Shown in pieces: positions 12,510 through 26,643 of a stretch of DNA of 64,000 bases. Source of the stretch: Eledone cirrhosa (Eukaryota); assembly GCA_964016885.1 (NCBI GenBank), contig OZ024746.1, positions 94,054,001-94,118,000 on the forward strand. Direction: 5' to 3'. The translations under genes and the position numbers were made by a program. The notes beneath the pieces are model-generated. The model had not been told where the DNA came from, did no database searches, and was given only the letters and a program-made list of their open reading frames with translations. Positions within the stretch are counted from its first letter, which is position 1. Every line of letters begins with the position of its first letter.

Positions 12510-13520
12510 ATGAGAGACGACCCCCTCCGGTCACAAATAACCATAGGATTTGCACCAAAAAGGTTTCCCTCCGAGGCCCAAGTCACTCATGTATAACAGC
12601 CTCTCCACGCCACTCATGTATAACAGTCTCTCCACGCCACTCATGTATAACAGCCTCTCCACGCCACTCATGTATAACAGTCTCTCCACGCCACTCATGT
12701 ATAACAGTCTCTCCACGCCACTCATGTATACCAGTCTCTCCACGCCACTCATGTATACCAGTCTCTCCACGCCACTCATGTATAACAGTCTCTCCACGCC
12801 ACACATGTATACCAGTCTCTCCACGCCACTCATGTATACCAGTCTCGCCTCTCCACGCCACTCATGTATACCAGTCTCTCCACGCCACTCATGTATACCA
12901 GTCTCGCCTCTCCACGCCACTCATGTATACCAGTCTCGCCTCTCCACGCCACTCATAAATAACAGTCTCGCCTCTCCACGCCACTCATGTATACCAGTCT
13001 CGCCTAACCACGCCACTCATGTATAACAGTCTCGCCTCTCCACGCCACTCATGTATAACAGTCTCTCCACGCCACTCATGTATAACAGTCTCTCCACGCC
13101 ACTCATGTATAACAGTCTCTCCACGCCACTCATGTATAACAGTCTCTCCACGCCACTCATGTATAACAGTCTCTCCACGCCACTCATGTATACCAGTCTC
13201 GCCTCTCCACGCCACTCATGTATAACAGTCTCGCCTCTCCACGCCACTCATGTATAACAGTCTCTCCACGCCACTCATGTATAACAGTCTCGCCTCTCCA
13301 CGCCACTCATGTATAACAGTCTCGCCTCTCCACGCCACTCATGTATAACAGTCTCTCCACGCCACTCATGTATAACAGTCTCGCCTCTCCACGCCACTCA
13401 TGTATAACAGTCTCGCCTCTCCACGCCACTCATGTATACCAGTCTCGCCTCTCCACGCCACCGATGATGTCCAAGGGAAAGGCAATGGCTGATACAGCTT
13501 GGCACCAGTGATGTCACAAC
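12510..13520 (-). mobile_element. SINE-B-type 3' tail interrupted by a minisatellite
   Basis: CCAAGGGAAAGGCAATGGCTGATACAGCTTGGCACCAGTG is shared with the SINE at 15770-15970. Confidence 0.65.
12586..13461. repeat. 27/32-bp minisatellite (about 30 copies)
   Basis: ACTCATGTATA(A/C)CAGTCT[CGCCT]CTCCACGCC. Confidence 0.97.
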
Positions 13521-15765
13521 ATATACTATATATATACACTCTCTATATATATACACTCTATACTATATATATACACTCTATACTCTATATATACACTCTC
13601 TACTATATATATACACTCTATACTCTCTATATATACACTCTATACTCTATACATATACACTCTATACTCTATATATACACTCTCTATATATATACACTCT
13701 ATACTCTATATATACACTCTCTACTATATATACACTCTATACTCTATACATATACACTCTATACTCTATACATATACACTCTATACTCTATATATACACT
13801 CTATACTCTCTATATACACTCTATACTCTATATATATACACTCTATACTCTATATATACACTCTATACTCTATATATACACTCTATACTCTATATATACA
13901 CTCTATACTCTCTCTATATATACACTCTATACTCTCTATATATATACACTCTATACTCTCTATATATACACTCTATACTCTCTATATATACACTCTATAC
14001 TCTATATATACTCTATATATATACACTCTATACTCTATATATACACTCTATACTCTATAAATACACTCTATACTCTCTATATATACACTCTATACTCTAT
14101 ATATACACTCTATACTCTATATATACACTCTATACTCTCTATATACACTCTATACTCTATATATATACTATATACTCTCTATATATACACTCTATACTCT
14201 ATATATACACTCTATACTCTATATATACACTCTATACTCTATATATACACTCTAAGCTCAATATATACACTCTATACTCTATATATACACTATATACTCT
14301 CTATATATACACTCTATACTCTATATATACACTCTATACTCTATATATACACTCTATACTCTATATATACACTCTATACACTATATATACACTATATACT
14401 CTATATATACACTCTATATATACACTCTATACACTATATATACACTCTATACTCTATATATATACACTCTATACTCTATATATACACTCTATACACTATA
14501 TATACACTCTATACTCTATATATACACTCTATACTCTATATATATACACTATATACACTATATATACACTATATACTCTCTATATATACACTATATACTC
14601 TATATATACACTCTATACTCTATATATACACTCTATACTCTATATATACACTCTATACTCTATATATACACTCTAAGCTCAATATATACACTCTATACTC
14701 TATATATACACTATATACTCTCTATATATACACTCTATACTCTATATATACACTCTATACTCAATATATACACTCTATACTCTCTATATACACTCTATAC
14801 TCTATATATACACTCTATACCCTATATATACACTCTATACACTATATATACACTATATACTCTCTATATATACACTCTATACACTATATATACACTATAT
14901 ACTCTATATATACACTCTATACTCTATATATACACTCTATACTCTATATATACACTCTATACACTATATATACACTCTATACTCTATATATACACTCTAT
15001 ACTCTATATATACACTCTATACTCTATATACACACTCTATACTCTATATATACACTCTATACACTATATATACACTCTATACACTATATATACACTCTAT
15101 ACACTATATATACACTATATACTCTCTATATATACACTCTATACTCTATATATACACTCTATACTCTATATATACACTCTATACTCTATATATACACTCT
15201 ATACTCTATATATACACTATATACTCTATATATACACTCTATACTCTATATATACACTCTATACTCTATATATACACTCTATACTCAATATATACACTCT
15301 ATACACTATATATACACTCTATACTCTATATATACACTCTATACACTATATATACACTATATACTCTATATATACACTCTATACTCTATATATACACTCT
15401 ATACTCTATATATAGACTATATACTCTATATATACACTATATACTCTATATACACACTATATACTCTATATATACACTATATACTCTATATATACACTAT
15501 ATACTCTATATATACACTCTATACTCTATATATACACTCTATACTCTATATATACACTATATACTCTCTATATATACACTATATACTCTATATATACACT
15601 ATATACTCTATATATACACTCTATACTCTATATATACACTCTATACTCTATATATACACTATATACTCTATATATACACTATATACTCTATATACACACT
15701 ATATACTCTATATATACACTATATACTCTATATATACACTATATACTCTATATATACACTATATA
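13521..15765. repeat. 20-bp AT-rich satellite (about 110 copies)
   Basis: TATACTCTATATATACACTC; explains the 638-aa ORF with a 20-aa period. Confidence 0.96.
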
Positions 15766-15769
15766 TGTG

Positions 15770-15970
15770 GTGATTACCAAGGGAAGGCAATGGCCGATAC
15801 AGCTTGACACCAGTGACGTCACAATTCATTTCTACAGCTGAGTAAACTGGAGCAACGTGAAATTAAGTGTCTTGCTCAAGAACACAATGCATCACCCAAT
15901 CCGAGAATCGAACTCACAACCCTTCGATTTCAAGCCCAATACTCTAACCACTAAGCCACGCACCTTCACT
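15770..15970 (-). mobile_element. SINE-B (head, CORE-like domain and start of tail)
   Basis: Reverse complement reads GAAGGTGCGTGGCTTAGTGGTTAGAG...GAGTTCGATTC...GTTCTTGAGCAAGACACTT. Confidence 0.85.
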
Positions 15971-16050
15971 AATAATAATATATATCATACAAAATATACA
16001 CATACATATGTACATATAGAGATATACATGTACAGCCAAACATACACATG

Positions 16051-16111
16051 TACGGCACTGTACGGCACTGTACGGCACTGTACGGCACTGTACGGCACTG
16101 TACGGCACTGT
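16051..16111. repeat. 10-bp repeat TACGGCACTG, 6 copies
   Basis: Direct reading. Confidence 0.95.
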
Positions 16112-16239
16112 AACACGAACTTAGATCTCATTGTTGGAGCAGATTTGGGTTAGGAGGCTGAGCAGGTCGGCAGATGTGAGAAGGTTGATCTGGTCCCCAA
16201 CAATAACACTACCAGCAGCAGCAGAAGTAGCAGTAGTCC

Positions 16240-16915
16240 CACCACCGCCACAACCGCCACCACAACCATCGCCACAACCACCACCACCACCACCACCACC
16301 ACCACAACCACCACCACCACCACCACCACCACCACCACCACAACCACCGCCACAACCACCACCACAACCATCGCCACAACCGCCACCACAACCACCACCA
16401 CAACCGCCACACAACCACCACCACCACCACAACCATCGCCACAACCACCACAACCATCGCCACAACCACCACCACAACCACCACTACCCACCACCACCAC
16501 CACAACCATCGCCACAACCGCCACCACCACCACAACCGCCACCACAACCATCGCCACAACCGCCACCACAACCATCACCACAACCACCACCACCACCACA
16601 ACCATCGCCACAACCGCCACCACAACCATCACCACAACCACCACCACCACCACAACCATCGCCACAACCGCCACCACCACCACAACCATCACCACAACCA
16701 CCACCACCACCACAACCATCGCCACAACCGCCACCACAACCATCACCACAACTACCACCACCACCACAACCATCACCACAACCACCACCACCACCACAAC
16801 CATCGCCACAACCGCCACCACAACCATCACCACAACCACCACCACCACAACCATCGCCACAACCACCACCGCAACCACCACCACCACCACCACAACCATC
16901 GCCACCACCACCACT
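16240..16915. repeat. Compound (CCA)n/CCACAACCATCG repeat
   Basis: Low complexity; gives the Pro-, Val- and Trp-rich ORFs. Confidence 0.9.
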
Positions 16916-17530
16916 AGTATAGGCACAAGGCCAGTAATTTGGCGGGAGGGGAAAGTCGATTAAATCGACCCCAATATTTTACTGGTACTTTATTTTATCG
17001 ACCTCGTAAGGATGAAAGACAAAGTTAACCTCGACGGGATTTGAACTCAGACCTTAAAAGACAACTTTGCACAACAACAACTTTGCACTCCGCCCCTTTT
17101 CCTTCCCTTTCTCTAAATATGTGTAACGGACAGCAAATTGTTTTTGGGGGGAGAAGGAAAGTTGATTAAATCGAACCCAGTGCGTCACTGGTAATTTATT
17201 TTATCGATCCCGTAAGGAAGGGAGGCAAAGCTGACCTCGGCGGGAATTAAACTCAGAACGTAAAGGGCCATAACTTTATGCTGCAAAGCATGTTGTCCGA
17301 TGCTTTACCGATATTGCCAATGCCTGCTCCTCAGTCGAATGATAATAATTGTTTCTACTTTTGGCACAAGGCCAGCAATTATCCCAGTGTATTACTGGTA
17401 CTTTATTTTATCGATCCCGTAAGGATGAAAGGCAAAGTTAACCTCGGCGGGATTTGCACTCAGATCATAAGGGGCGTAACTCTTTGCTGCAAAGCATGGC
17501 GTCCGACTATGTACCGAGACGGCCAATCCA
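16915..17530 (-). mobile_element. Three SINE-A copies (about 16915-17055, 17140-17325, 17345-17530)
   Basis: Reverse-complement core GGTACTTTATTTTATCGA.C.CGTAAGGATGAAAG occurs three times. Confidence 0.88.
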
Positions 17531-17666
17531 AGTGATTGGGGTGGAGTAAACCAGAAGCTGAAAATGTAACTTCCGTTTGTTTTTTGTTTCAAGGTAAGAT
17601 ATGACGTCATCTTCTTAATATGAAGTCAGATATAAATAAAAAGAAAAACAAATGACACAATAACTT

Positions 17667-17712
<46 letters not shown>

Positions 17713-17724
17713 CACTACCACCAG

Positions 17725-17787
<63 letters not shown>

Positions 17788-17799
17788 CACTACCACCAG

Positions 17800-17844
<45 letters not shown>

Positions 17845-17856
17845 CACTACCACCAG

Positions 17857-17900
<44 letters not shown>
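17667..17900. repeat. (CTA)n with periodic CCACTACCACCAGCA interruptions
   Basis: Direct reading. Confidence 0.95.
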
Positions 17901-17901
<1 letters not shown>

Positions 17902-18154
17902 AGCATTTTGGCTTGTTTCCTAAAATGTTCCAATTCCCTTTATATATACAGATGAAAACAAACAAACAAACAAAAGCAGCCCCACCCCACCAAACACCCC
18001 TCCACCACCTGCTCCACTACACCCCCACCATCACGATACCCACTAATATCCACTACTCCACCCCCATCGTCATCAACAACAATAACAACAACAAAATCCA
18101 AAACCTCTCTTCAAAATTTTTGGTTCTCGCTGTACACGTAAATAGATGGGTGTG

Positions 18155-18700
<546 letters not shown>

Positions 18701-18811
18701 TTTTTTTTTTAATCGATCGACTTTCGTCAAATCGGACCGAGGAAACAATGTTTCCATTGGTCTTTCCAATTGCTAATACTATCTATCGGTCGCAACTCCA
18801 GGTAGAAGGAT

Positions 18812-18925
18812 CAACATGAAATAAAGTGTCTTGCTCAAGGACATAACGCATCGCCTGGTCCAGGAATCGAACTCACAACCTTACGATTGCGAATCCAATT
18901 CTGTAACCACTCAGCCACACGCCTA
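18812..18925 (-). mobile_element. SINE-B head and core
   Basis: AAAGTGTCTTGCTCAAGG...GGAATCGAACTCACAACC...AACCACTCAGCCACACGCC. Confidence 0.82.
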
Positions 18926-18977
<52 letters not shown>

Positions 18978-19073
18978 AAAAAAAATATATATATAAATAT
19001 ACATGAATATATATACTATATATATACTATATATATACTATATATATATATAATATACATGAATATACATATG

Positions 19074-19144
<71 letters not shown>

Positions 19145-19301
19145 GTATATTTATACATACATAAATATATATGCACACACACACGCACATACACATAATA
19201 CACACATACACATACACACACACACATTCATAACTCACTCACACACACACACACGTACACAGGTAATATCTGATGGCGACCATCATCTAAGTGTTTCGTC
19301 T

Positions 19302-20136
19302 TGTTGCCTAATGTATGTTGGCTGTTTGTTTACTAAGAGACTGAATGTTGCCTAATGTATGTTGGCTGATTGTTTACTAAGAGACTGAATGTTGCCTAAT
19401 GTATGTTGGCTGATTGTTTACTAAGAGAGTGAATGTTGCCTAATGTATGTTGGCTGATTGTTTACTAAGAGACTGAATGTTGCCTAATGTATGTTGGCTG
19501 ATTGTTTACTAAGAGAGTGAATGTTGCCTAATGTATGTTGGCTGATTGTTTACTAAGAGAGTGAATGTTGCCTAATGTATGTTGGCTGATTGTTTACTAA
19601 GAGACTGAATGTTGCCTAATGTATGTTGGCTGATTGTTTACTAAGAGACTGAATGTTGCCTAATGTATGTTGGCTGATTGTTTACTAAGAGACTGAATGT
19701 TGCCTAATGTATGTTGGCTGATTGTTTACTAAGAGAGTGAATGTTGCCTAATGTATGTTGCTGATTGTTTACTAAGAGACTGAATGTTGCCTAATGTATG
19801 TTGGCTGATTGTTTACTAAGAGACTGAATGTTGCCTAATGTATGTTGGCTGATTGTTTACTAAGAGACTGAATGTTGCCTAATGTATGTTGGCTGATTGT
19901 TTACTAAGAGAGTGAATGTTGCCTAATGTATGTTGGCTGTTTGTTTACTAAGAGACTGAATGTTGCCTAATGTATGTTGGCTGATTGTTTACTAAGAGAC
20001 TGAATGTTGCCTAATGTATGTTGGCTGATTGTTTACTAAGAGACTGAATGTTGCCTAATGTATGTTGGCTGATTGTTTACTAAGAGACTGAATGTTGCCT
20101 AATGTATGTTGGCTGATTGTTTACTAAGAGACTGAA
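19302..20136. repeat. 44-bp minisatellite, 19 copies
   Basis: TGTTGCCTAATGTATGTTGGCTGATTGTTTACTAAGAGA(C/G)TGAA. Confidence 0.97.
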
Positions 20137-20294
20137 TAACTCTCCTGACGAGAAACGAGAAGGTAAATGTAATAAGTGAAATGTTTGGCGTATTTCAGGT
20201 GTAAAACAAGCGCTGCTGTAATAAAGACTCTGGTGAATATATTCGTCATCTTGACGACGTGGAGAAGAGGTACATGAAGACATATATATATATG

Positions 20295-20370
<76 letters not shown>

Positions 20371-20543
20371 ATATATATATTGGTAAATGTGTGTAATCCT
20401 TGGTACAGTTAGGTATATTAAGACAGGGGGGAAGAAAAAATGGCTTCACTTGTGCTTTCAACAAATTTATTTTCTTCACAAAATCCAAAAAGAATTTTTT
20501 TCCGGATTAGGAAAAACATTTTTTTTCTTAAAAAAAATTATTT

Positions 20544-20590
<47 letters not shown>

Positions 20591-20625
20591 GTATATATAT
20601 GGGTATATATATATATATATATATG

Positions 20626-20686
<61 letters not shown>

Positions 20687-20690
20687 TATG

Positions 20691-20771
<81 letters not shown>

Positions 20772-20772
20772 G

Positions 20773-20853
<81 letters not shown>

Positions 20854-20876
20854 GGGTATATATATATATATATAGG

Positions 20877-20909
<33 letters not shown>

Positions 20910-20910
20910 G

Positions 20911-20955
<45 letters not shown>

Positions 20956-21057
20956 ATATATATATATGTGTGTATGTGTATACATGTATATGTATGTATA
21001 TGCATATACACATCACACACACACATATATATATATATATACATATATATACATATA

Positions 21058-21152
<95 letters not shown>

Positions 21153-21175
21153 ATATATATATATATATATCTATC

Positions 21176-21666
21176 TAAGGCGGGTAAAATTCCCGAGATC
21201 CATGGACAAGTTCTCTCCAGCTGTCTCTGTCCCTCATTATCGCTGCCATGTCCTGCGTCTCCAACAGACCAGTGTCTGACCTTAGGGCATCAACATACGT
21301 CAACCTTGGTCTTCCACTTCCAGTGTGTCCATGTAGGGGCTCCCAAAGGAGCACTGAGTGCAATGTCAACTCTGGATGTCGGTGAGCATGTCCAGCTAAC
21401 CTCAGTCTCCTCTGTGTCACTTTTGAGCTGACTTTTGGGATGCTCCCATACAGCTCTGAGTTTTTCATCCTCAGTGTATACTGATTAATGTTCAGAGCCA
21501 TCCTCAGCATTCTCGTGTAGCACCCATCCACCATCTGAGTGAGTTTCTTGGTCAGTGTCCAAGTCTCAGACCCATACAGCAGCACAGATTCCACTACAGC
21601 AATGAAGAGGCGGATTTTCAGGTCTCTACGAAGGTCCGACTTCCACACCGATCTCAAGCTGTATCT

Positions 21667-21670
<4 letters not shown>
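21176..21670 (-). mobile_element. 5'-truncated RTE-like LINE within (TA)n; frame still open
   Basis: [37 protein letters not shown]...[14 protein letters not shown]...[12 protein letters not shown]...[10 protein letters not shown]. Confidence 0.92.
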
Positions 21671-21745
<75 letters not shown>

Positions 21746-21763
21746 ACCACACACACAAAAATA

Positions 21764-21809
<46 letters not shown>

Positions 21810-21812
<3 letters not shown>

Positions 21813-21947
21813 AGAGATGGGGAGAGAAGGGTGAGAGAGAGGGGGAGGGAGAGAGAGGGTAAGATGAGAGAGAGAGTGAGAGAGAGAGAATTAGAGAGAG
21901 AGTGAGAGAGAGAGAGAGAGAGAGAATACGAATGAGAGAGAGAGAGA

Positions 21948-22024
<77 letters not shown>

Positions 22025-22044
22025 TGAGAGAGAGAGAGAATACG

Positions 22045-22087
<43 letters not shown>

Positions 22088-22118
22088 GAGAGAGAGAGAG
22101 AGTGAGAGAGAGAGAGAA
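21810..22118. repeat. (GA)n-rich tract
   Basis: Direct reading; a similar tract lies at 42480-42860. Confidence 0.95.
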
Positions 22119-22519
22119 ACAATACTAAGCGTAAAACGAGGCCAAGGTATTATGGGAGACTGCGCATCACTTCCGTTACGTAAATTTGTTTGCTGTTAGT
22201 GTGTGTACTTAAGGTACCGTATGTACGTATTTATATATGTATATAGGTATGTACGTATGTATGTATATATGTACGTATTTATATATGTATATAGGTATGT
22301 ACGTATGTATGTATGTATATATGTATGTATTTATGTATTATATATATGTTTGTATATATATATGTATTTATGTATGTATGCATGTAAGTATATATATATA
22401 TATATATATGTATTTATGTATGTATATATGTTTGTATATATATATGTACTTATGTATTTATGTATGCACGTATATATATATATATATATATATGTATTTA
22501 TGTATGTTATACTTGGCGA

Positions 22520-23080
22520 GGGTCATATTTGTGTAATAATATTGCCAGAATTAATAACAGAACACACGCACTGTTTGGTTGGTTTTCGCTTCTGTGTCTT
22601 TTATATCGTTAATTTAATTTATTCGGTCCTCAATATTACCATTGACTGACCAACGGTCAAAAATACAGATACAATATAGACACAAACACATATATATAGT
22701 CTAACAAAGTTCTTTCGTTGCACATCTGTAACATCGTCAGTGGTGCTATTATGTTTCCTCCCGTTGTATTGTATGCCTACGCCATCTTTATTTAGTCTGT
22801 TTATTTATTTATTTATTTGTTTATTTATTTATTTTTTGTCTTCTCTGCGCATGCGTTTGCGTGTGTGTATAGTGTTTTGTTTGATGTGTGTTCGTGTTTG
22901 GGTGACTGTGTATTGGTTATTGTATTCTATCTTAGTTTACTAGTGTGTGTTTATATGTGTTTGTTGTTATTGTGCTTGTGTATTTATTTATTTATTTATT
23001 TATACTTCTCTTATGTCAGTGTTGTTTGTTTGAGTGTTATTGTTATTCCATTAATTTTTTCTATTTAGCCTTGGCCTTCT
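22520..23080 (-). mobile_element. Penelope-like non-autonomous element with a degenerate hammerhead (22703-22744)
   Basis: 22620-22930 is the reverse complement of about 63700-64000. Minus strand: ACCA CTGACGA TGTTACA GATG TGCAAC GAAA GAACTT TGTT. Confidence 0.6.
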
Positions 23081-23104
23081 ATTATTTATGTATGTATATA
23101 TGTT

Positions 23105-23161
<57 letters not shown>

Positions 23162-23845
23162 TTATGTATGTATTTATTTATGTATGTATATATGTATGTA
23201 TTTATGTATGTATATACGTTTGTATATATATATGTATATATTTATGTATGTATTTATATATGTATTTATGTATATATGTATGTATATATGTATGTATTTA
23301 TGTATATATGTATGTATATATGTATGTATTTATGTATGTATGCACTGAAACTTCCTTTGAGCCATATGAAATCATTTGAAGTTAATAATTCATTGCATCG
23401 CTACCCCTGAATTCTCAGATCAAAGTATGTTCATTGGGTAAAATCAAAGTGTAATGGTGACAAAGAGATGTACGAACTCACACAAGCGAGAGATTCGGAA
23501 TGACAACGGCGTGAATGATACACGGAGCTGTTTTGTTCTTTTAGTTTATCCTTAAGTATACATACATAATACATATGTCACTTTTATATTAAATATTATA
23601 TATTTGGTGTCACGCGAAGGCAGATAATGTTGGGTGTATTCTTGGGTGTATTTTATTTGGTTACTATATATAAATATTTATACTCTTCGGTCCCAAATGA
23701 TAGGTTATCCCTGTCGAATTTAAACCCCCAGAATAAGTCGTTTAGTTTACATATTGTCAGAATACAATAACATTCTGACAGGACTCGCTGGAAGGATTGT
23801 TTGAGGTATCTGCCCTCCCCCAGGACCCCTCACGAATAAGTGGGC

Positions 23846-24068
23846 GAAGAAGAAGAAGAAGGCAAAGAAGAAGAAGAAGAAGAAGAAGAAGAAGAAGAAG
23901 AAGAAGAAGAAGAAGAAGAAGAAGAAGAAGGCAAAGAAGAAGAAGAAGAAGAAGAAGAAGAAGAAGAAGAAGAAGAAGAAGAAGAAGAAGAAGAAGAAGA
24001 AGAAGAAGAAGAAGAAGAAGAAGAAGAAGAAGAAGAAGAAGAAGAAGACGAAGGCAAAGAAGAAGAAG
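23846..24068. repeat. (GAA)n microsatellite
   Basis: Direct reading. Confidence 0.97.
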
Positions 24069-24889
24069 TTTACCTATTGAGACCCTAACCCATCCTATTT
24101 ATATTATAACATATGGGATTTCTAGTAATTCACTTCTTTTTGTCCTGTATAATACTTTTTAATGTATTAAAAAATTAATTGTCGCAGCAATGCTACCACT
24201 TAAAATAAGATTTCGCCGGAGATAGATTAGCAAAATTTAATAAGCGGGGTGGGTGGGTTAGGGAAGACAATTATTCGAGACCCGAGAGTATAGGGTGCAA
24301 GATTGAATCAAACATCACGTGTTATTCTAGTATGTGTAATGTCTATTAACAAATCGCAAGATCAGTCACTCGGTTATGTTAGTTTCTATCTGCTTCTGCG
24401 TCTTATCTAACGGACAACTCTACGAGGCTCTTAGTTGTACTAGTTATAAAAGCAACTTGAAACTGCACATACAACATAAGTTCGACCAAAGACAGGGTTG
24501 GATTTAGACCTTGGGTGGTCCGGGGCACTTCAGATTTGGTGGGGACACATATACACAAACATTTAGAATACACAGAAACCCCCAAATTTACATATCATAT
24601 CAAAATTAGTTTGGCGCAAGTAATTGGAATTGAAAAGTTATTACATTAAAAAATCTAACCACCCTAAAACTAAAAATACTTAGCTGAGAGCATAAATAAA
24701 TTGTTACGGACGTCTGCAGTGGGCCCAGGGCAAATGACCTCCCAAGGATATTAATTTGGGACCCCCCCCCCCTAAAACAAATACACCAATAAAATGCCGC
24801 CATCTTAAACTGAGGAAATGTAGGTGAAATGTAGAGCAGCGGATTTTCCTTTTTTTCTTCCTTTTGATGTTGGTAAATAAAGTACCACA

Positions 24890-25962
24890 GGCGACGAACT
24901 GGCAGGGTTGTTAGAACGTCAGATAGAATGGCAGGGTGGTTAGAACGTCAGATAGAATGGCAGAGACGTTAGAACGTCAGATAGAATGGCAGGGTGGTTA
25001 GAACGTCAGATAGAATGGCAGGGTGGTTAGAACGTCAGATAGAATGGCAGAGTGGTTAGAATGTCAGATAGAATGGCAGAGACGTTAGAACGTCAGATAG
25101 AATGGCAGAGTGGCTAGAACGTCAGATAGAATGGCAGAGACGTTAGAACGTCAGATACAATGGCAGGGTGGTTAGAACGTCAGATAGAATGGCAGAGTGG
25201 TTAGAATAACAGAGTGGTTAGAACGTCAGATAGAATGGCAGAGACGTTAGAACGTCAGATAGAATGGCAGGGTGGTTAGAATGTCAGATAGAATGGCAGA
25301 GACGTTAGAACGTCAGATAGAATGGTAGAGTGGTTAGAACGTCAGATAGAATGGCAGGGTGGTAAGAATGTCAGATAGAATGGCAGAGACGTTAGAACGT
25401 CAGATAGAATGGCAGGGTGGTTAGAACGTCAGATAGAATGGCAGGGTGGTTAGAATGTCAGATAGAATGGCAGAGACGTTAGAACGTCAGATAGAATGGC
25501 AGGGTGGTTAGAACATCAGATAGAATGGCAAAGTGGTTAGAATGTCAGATAGAATGGCAGAGACGTTAGAACGTGAGATAGAATGGCAGAGTGGTTAGAA
25601 CGTCAGATAGAATGGCAGAGTGGCTAGAACGTCAGATAGAATGGCAGAGACGTTAGAACGTCAGATAGAATGGCAGAGACGTTAGAACGTCAGATAGAAT
25701 GGCAGAGTGGTTAGAACGTCAGATAGAATGGCAGAGTCGTTAGAACGTCAGATAGAATGGCAGAGTCGTTAGAACGTCAGATAGAATGGTAGAGACGTTA
25801 GAACGTCAGATAGAATGGCAGAGACGTTCGAACGTAAGATAGAATGCTTTATAGTATTCGCTCCGGTTCTTTCCTCTCAGAGTTCAAATCCCGCTGAGGT
25901 CAACTTTGCCTTTTATTCTTCTGAAGGTCGATAAAAAAAAGTGCCAGTCAAGTACTGGGGTG
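24890..25962 (+). mobile_element. SINE-A-related copy whose head is tandemly amplified
   Basis: Starts GGCGACGAACTGGCAG; after the array it continues to B-box GAGTTCAAATCC (25880) and the core GTCAACTTTGCCTTTTATTC...GGTCGATAAAA. Confidence 0.8.
24900..25845 (+). repeat. 29-bp minisatellite (about 32 copies) containing a Pol III A-box
   Basis: TGGCAG(AGTG/GGTG/AGAC)GTTAGAACGTCAGATAGAA. Confidence 0.96.
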
Positions 25963-26427
25963 GATTCTTCCTCTATATCTCTCTTTCTCATTTCCCATCT
26001 CTCACTTTCTATCTTTCTCCAGAAGAAATCTGCTGTACTCAGGCCTAGAGAGGGATGGGTTCCACCAGGCGTTAAAATGCCCAAGAAACGGCGCCCTACG
26101 GCTCTATAAGGAGTTACAGGAGTATACAGACATATAAAGTACCAGTGCAATGCTGAAGAATTGTTAAAGCGACAGTATATGTTCTGGATCCGTGAGTTCT
26201 GGGTTCAAATTCCAACTTCTACCAACGGAATAATGGTGTCACTTCTGGCAGGTGTTGCTGATAGCTAGATAGTATCAACGATGATCTATGAACATAGTTT
26301 CCTTCGTCAAATTGGAGGATCGGGCTTTTTGTTTTCGTTATTTATCTTTTCTTGTTCGAACGAGATTTGACTGCTACCTTTGAAACGTCGAATGACCACA
26401 TAACGGCCCACTACTTACACGACTGTG

Positions 26428-26643
26428 TTATTGGCAGAATCAGTAGTGTCAGACAGACACCATGCTTTGCAGCATAGAGTTACGGCCTTTTACGTTCTGA
26501 GTTCAAATTTCGCCGCGGTTAGCTTGCCTTTCATCCTTACGGGGTTGATAAAATAAAGCACCAGTAATACACTGGAGTCAATTTAATCGACTTTCCCCTC
26601 CCCGCAAATTGCTGGCCTTGTGCCTATAGTAGAAATCATTATT
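26428..26643 (+). mobile_element. SINE-A, near full length
   Basis: Collinear with 3563-3782. Confidence 0.9.

Noticed and set aside
13499-15415. 638-aa Y/T/L/I-rich ORF
   Set aside because: Artefact of the 20-bp satellite.
16131-16922. Pro-rich 263-aa extensin- or formin-like ORF
   Set aside because: CCA-based repeat open in several frames on both strands; abuts a SINE; no splice or domain evidence.
24790-24810. YY1/ETS/NRF1-like motifs (also near 17570, 22160, 28305, 43240) as promoters
   Set aside because: Isolated short motifs with no linked exon or CpG-rich region that I can support.
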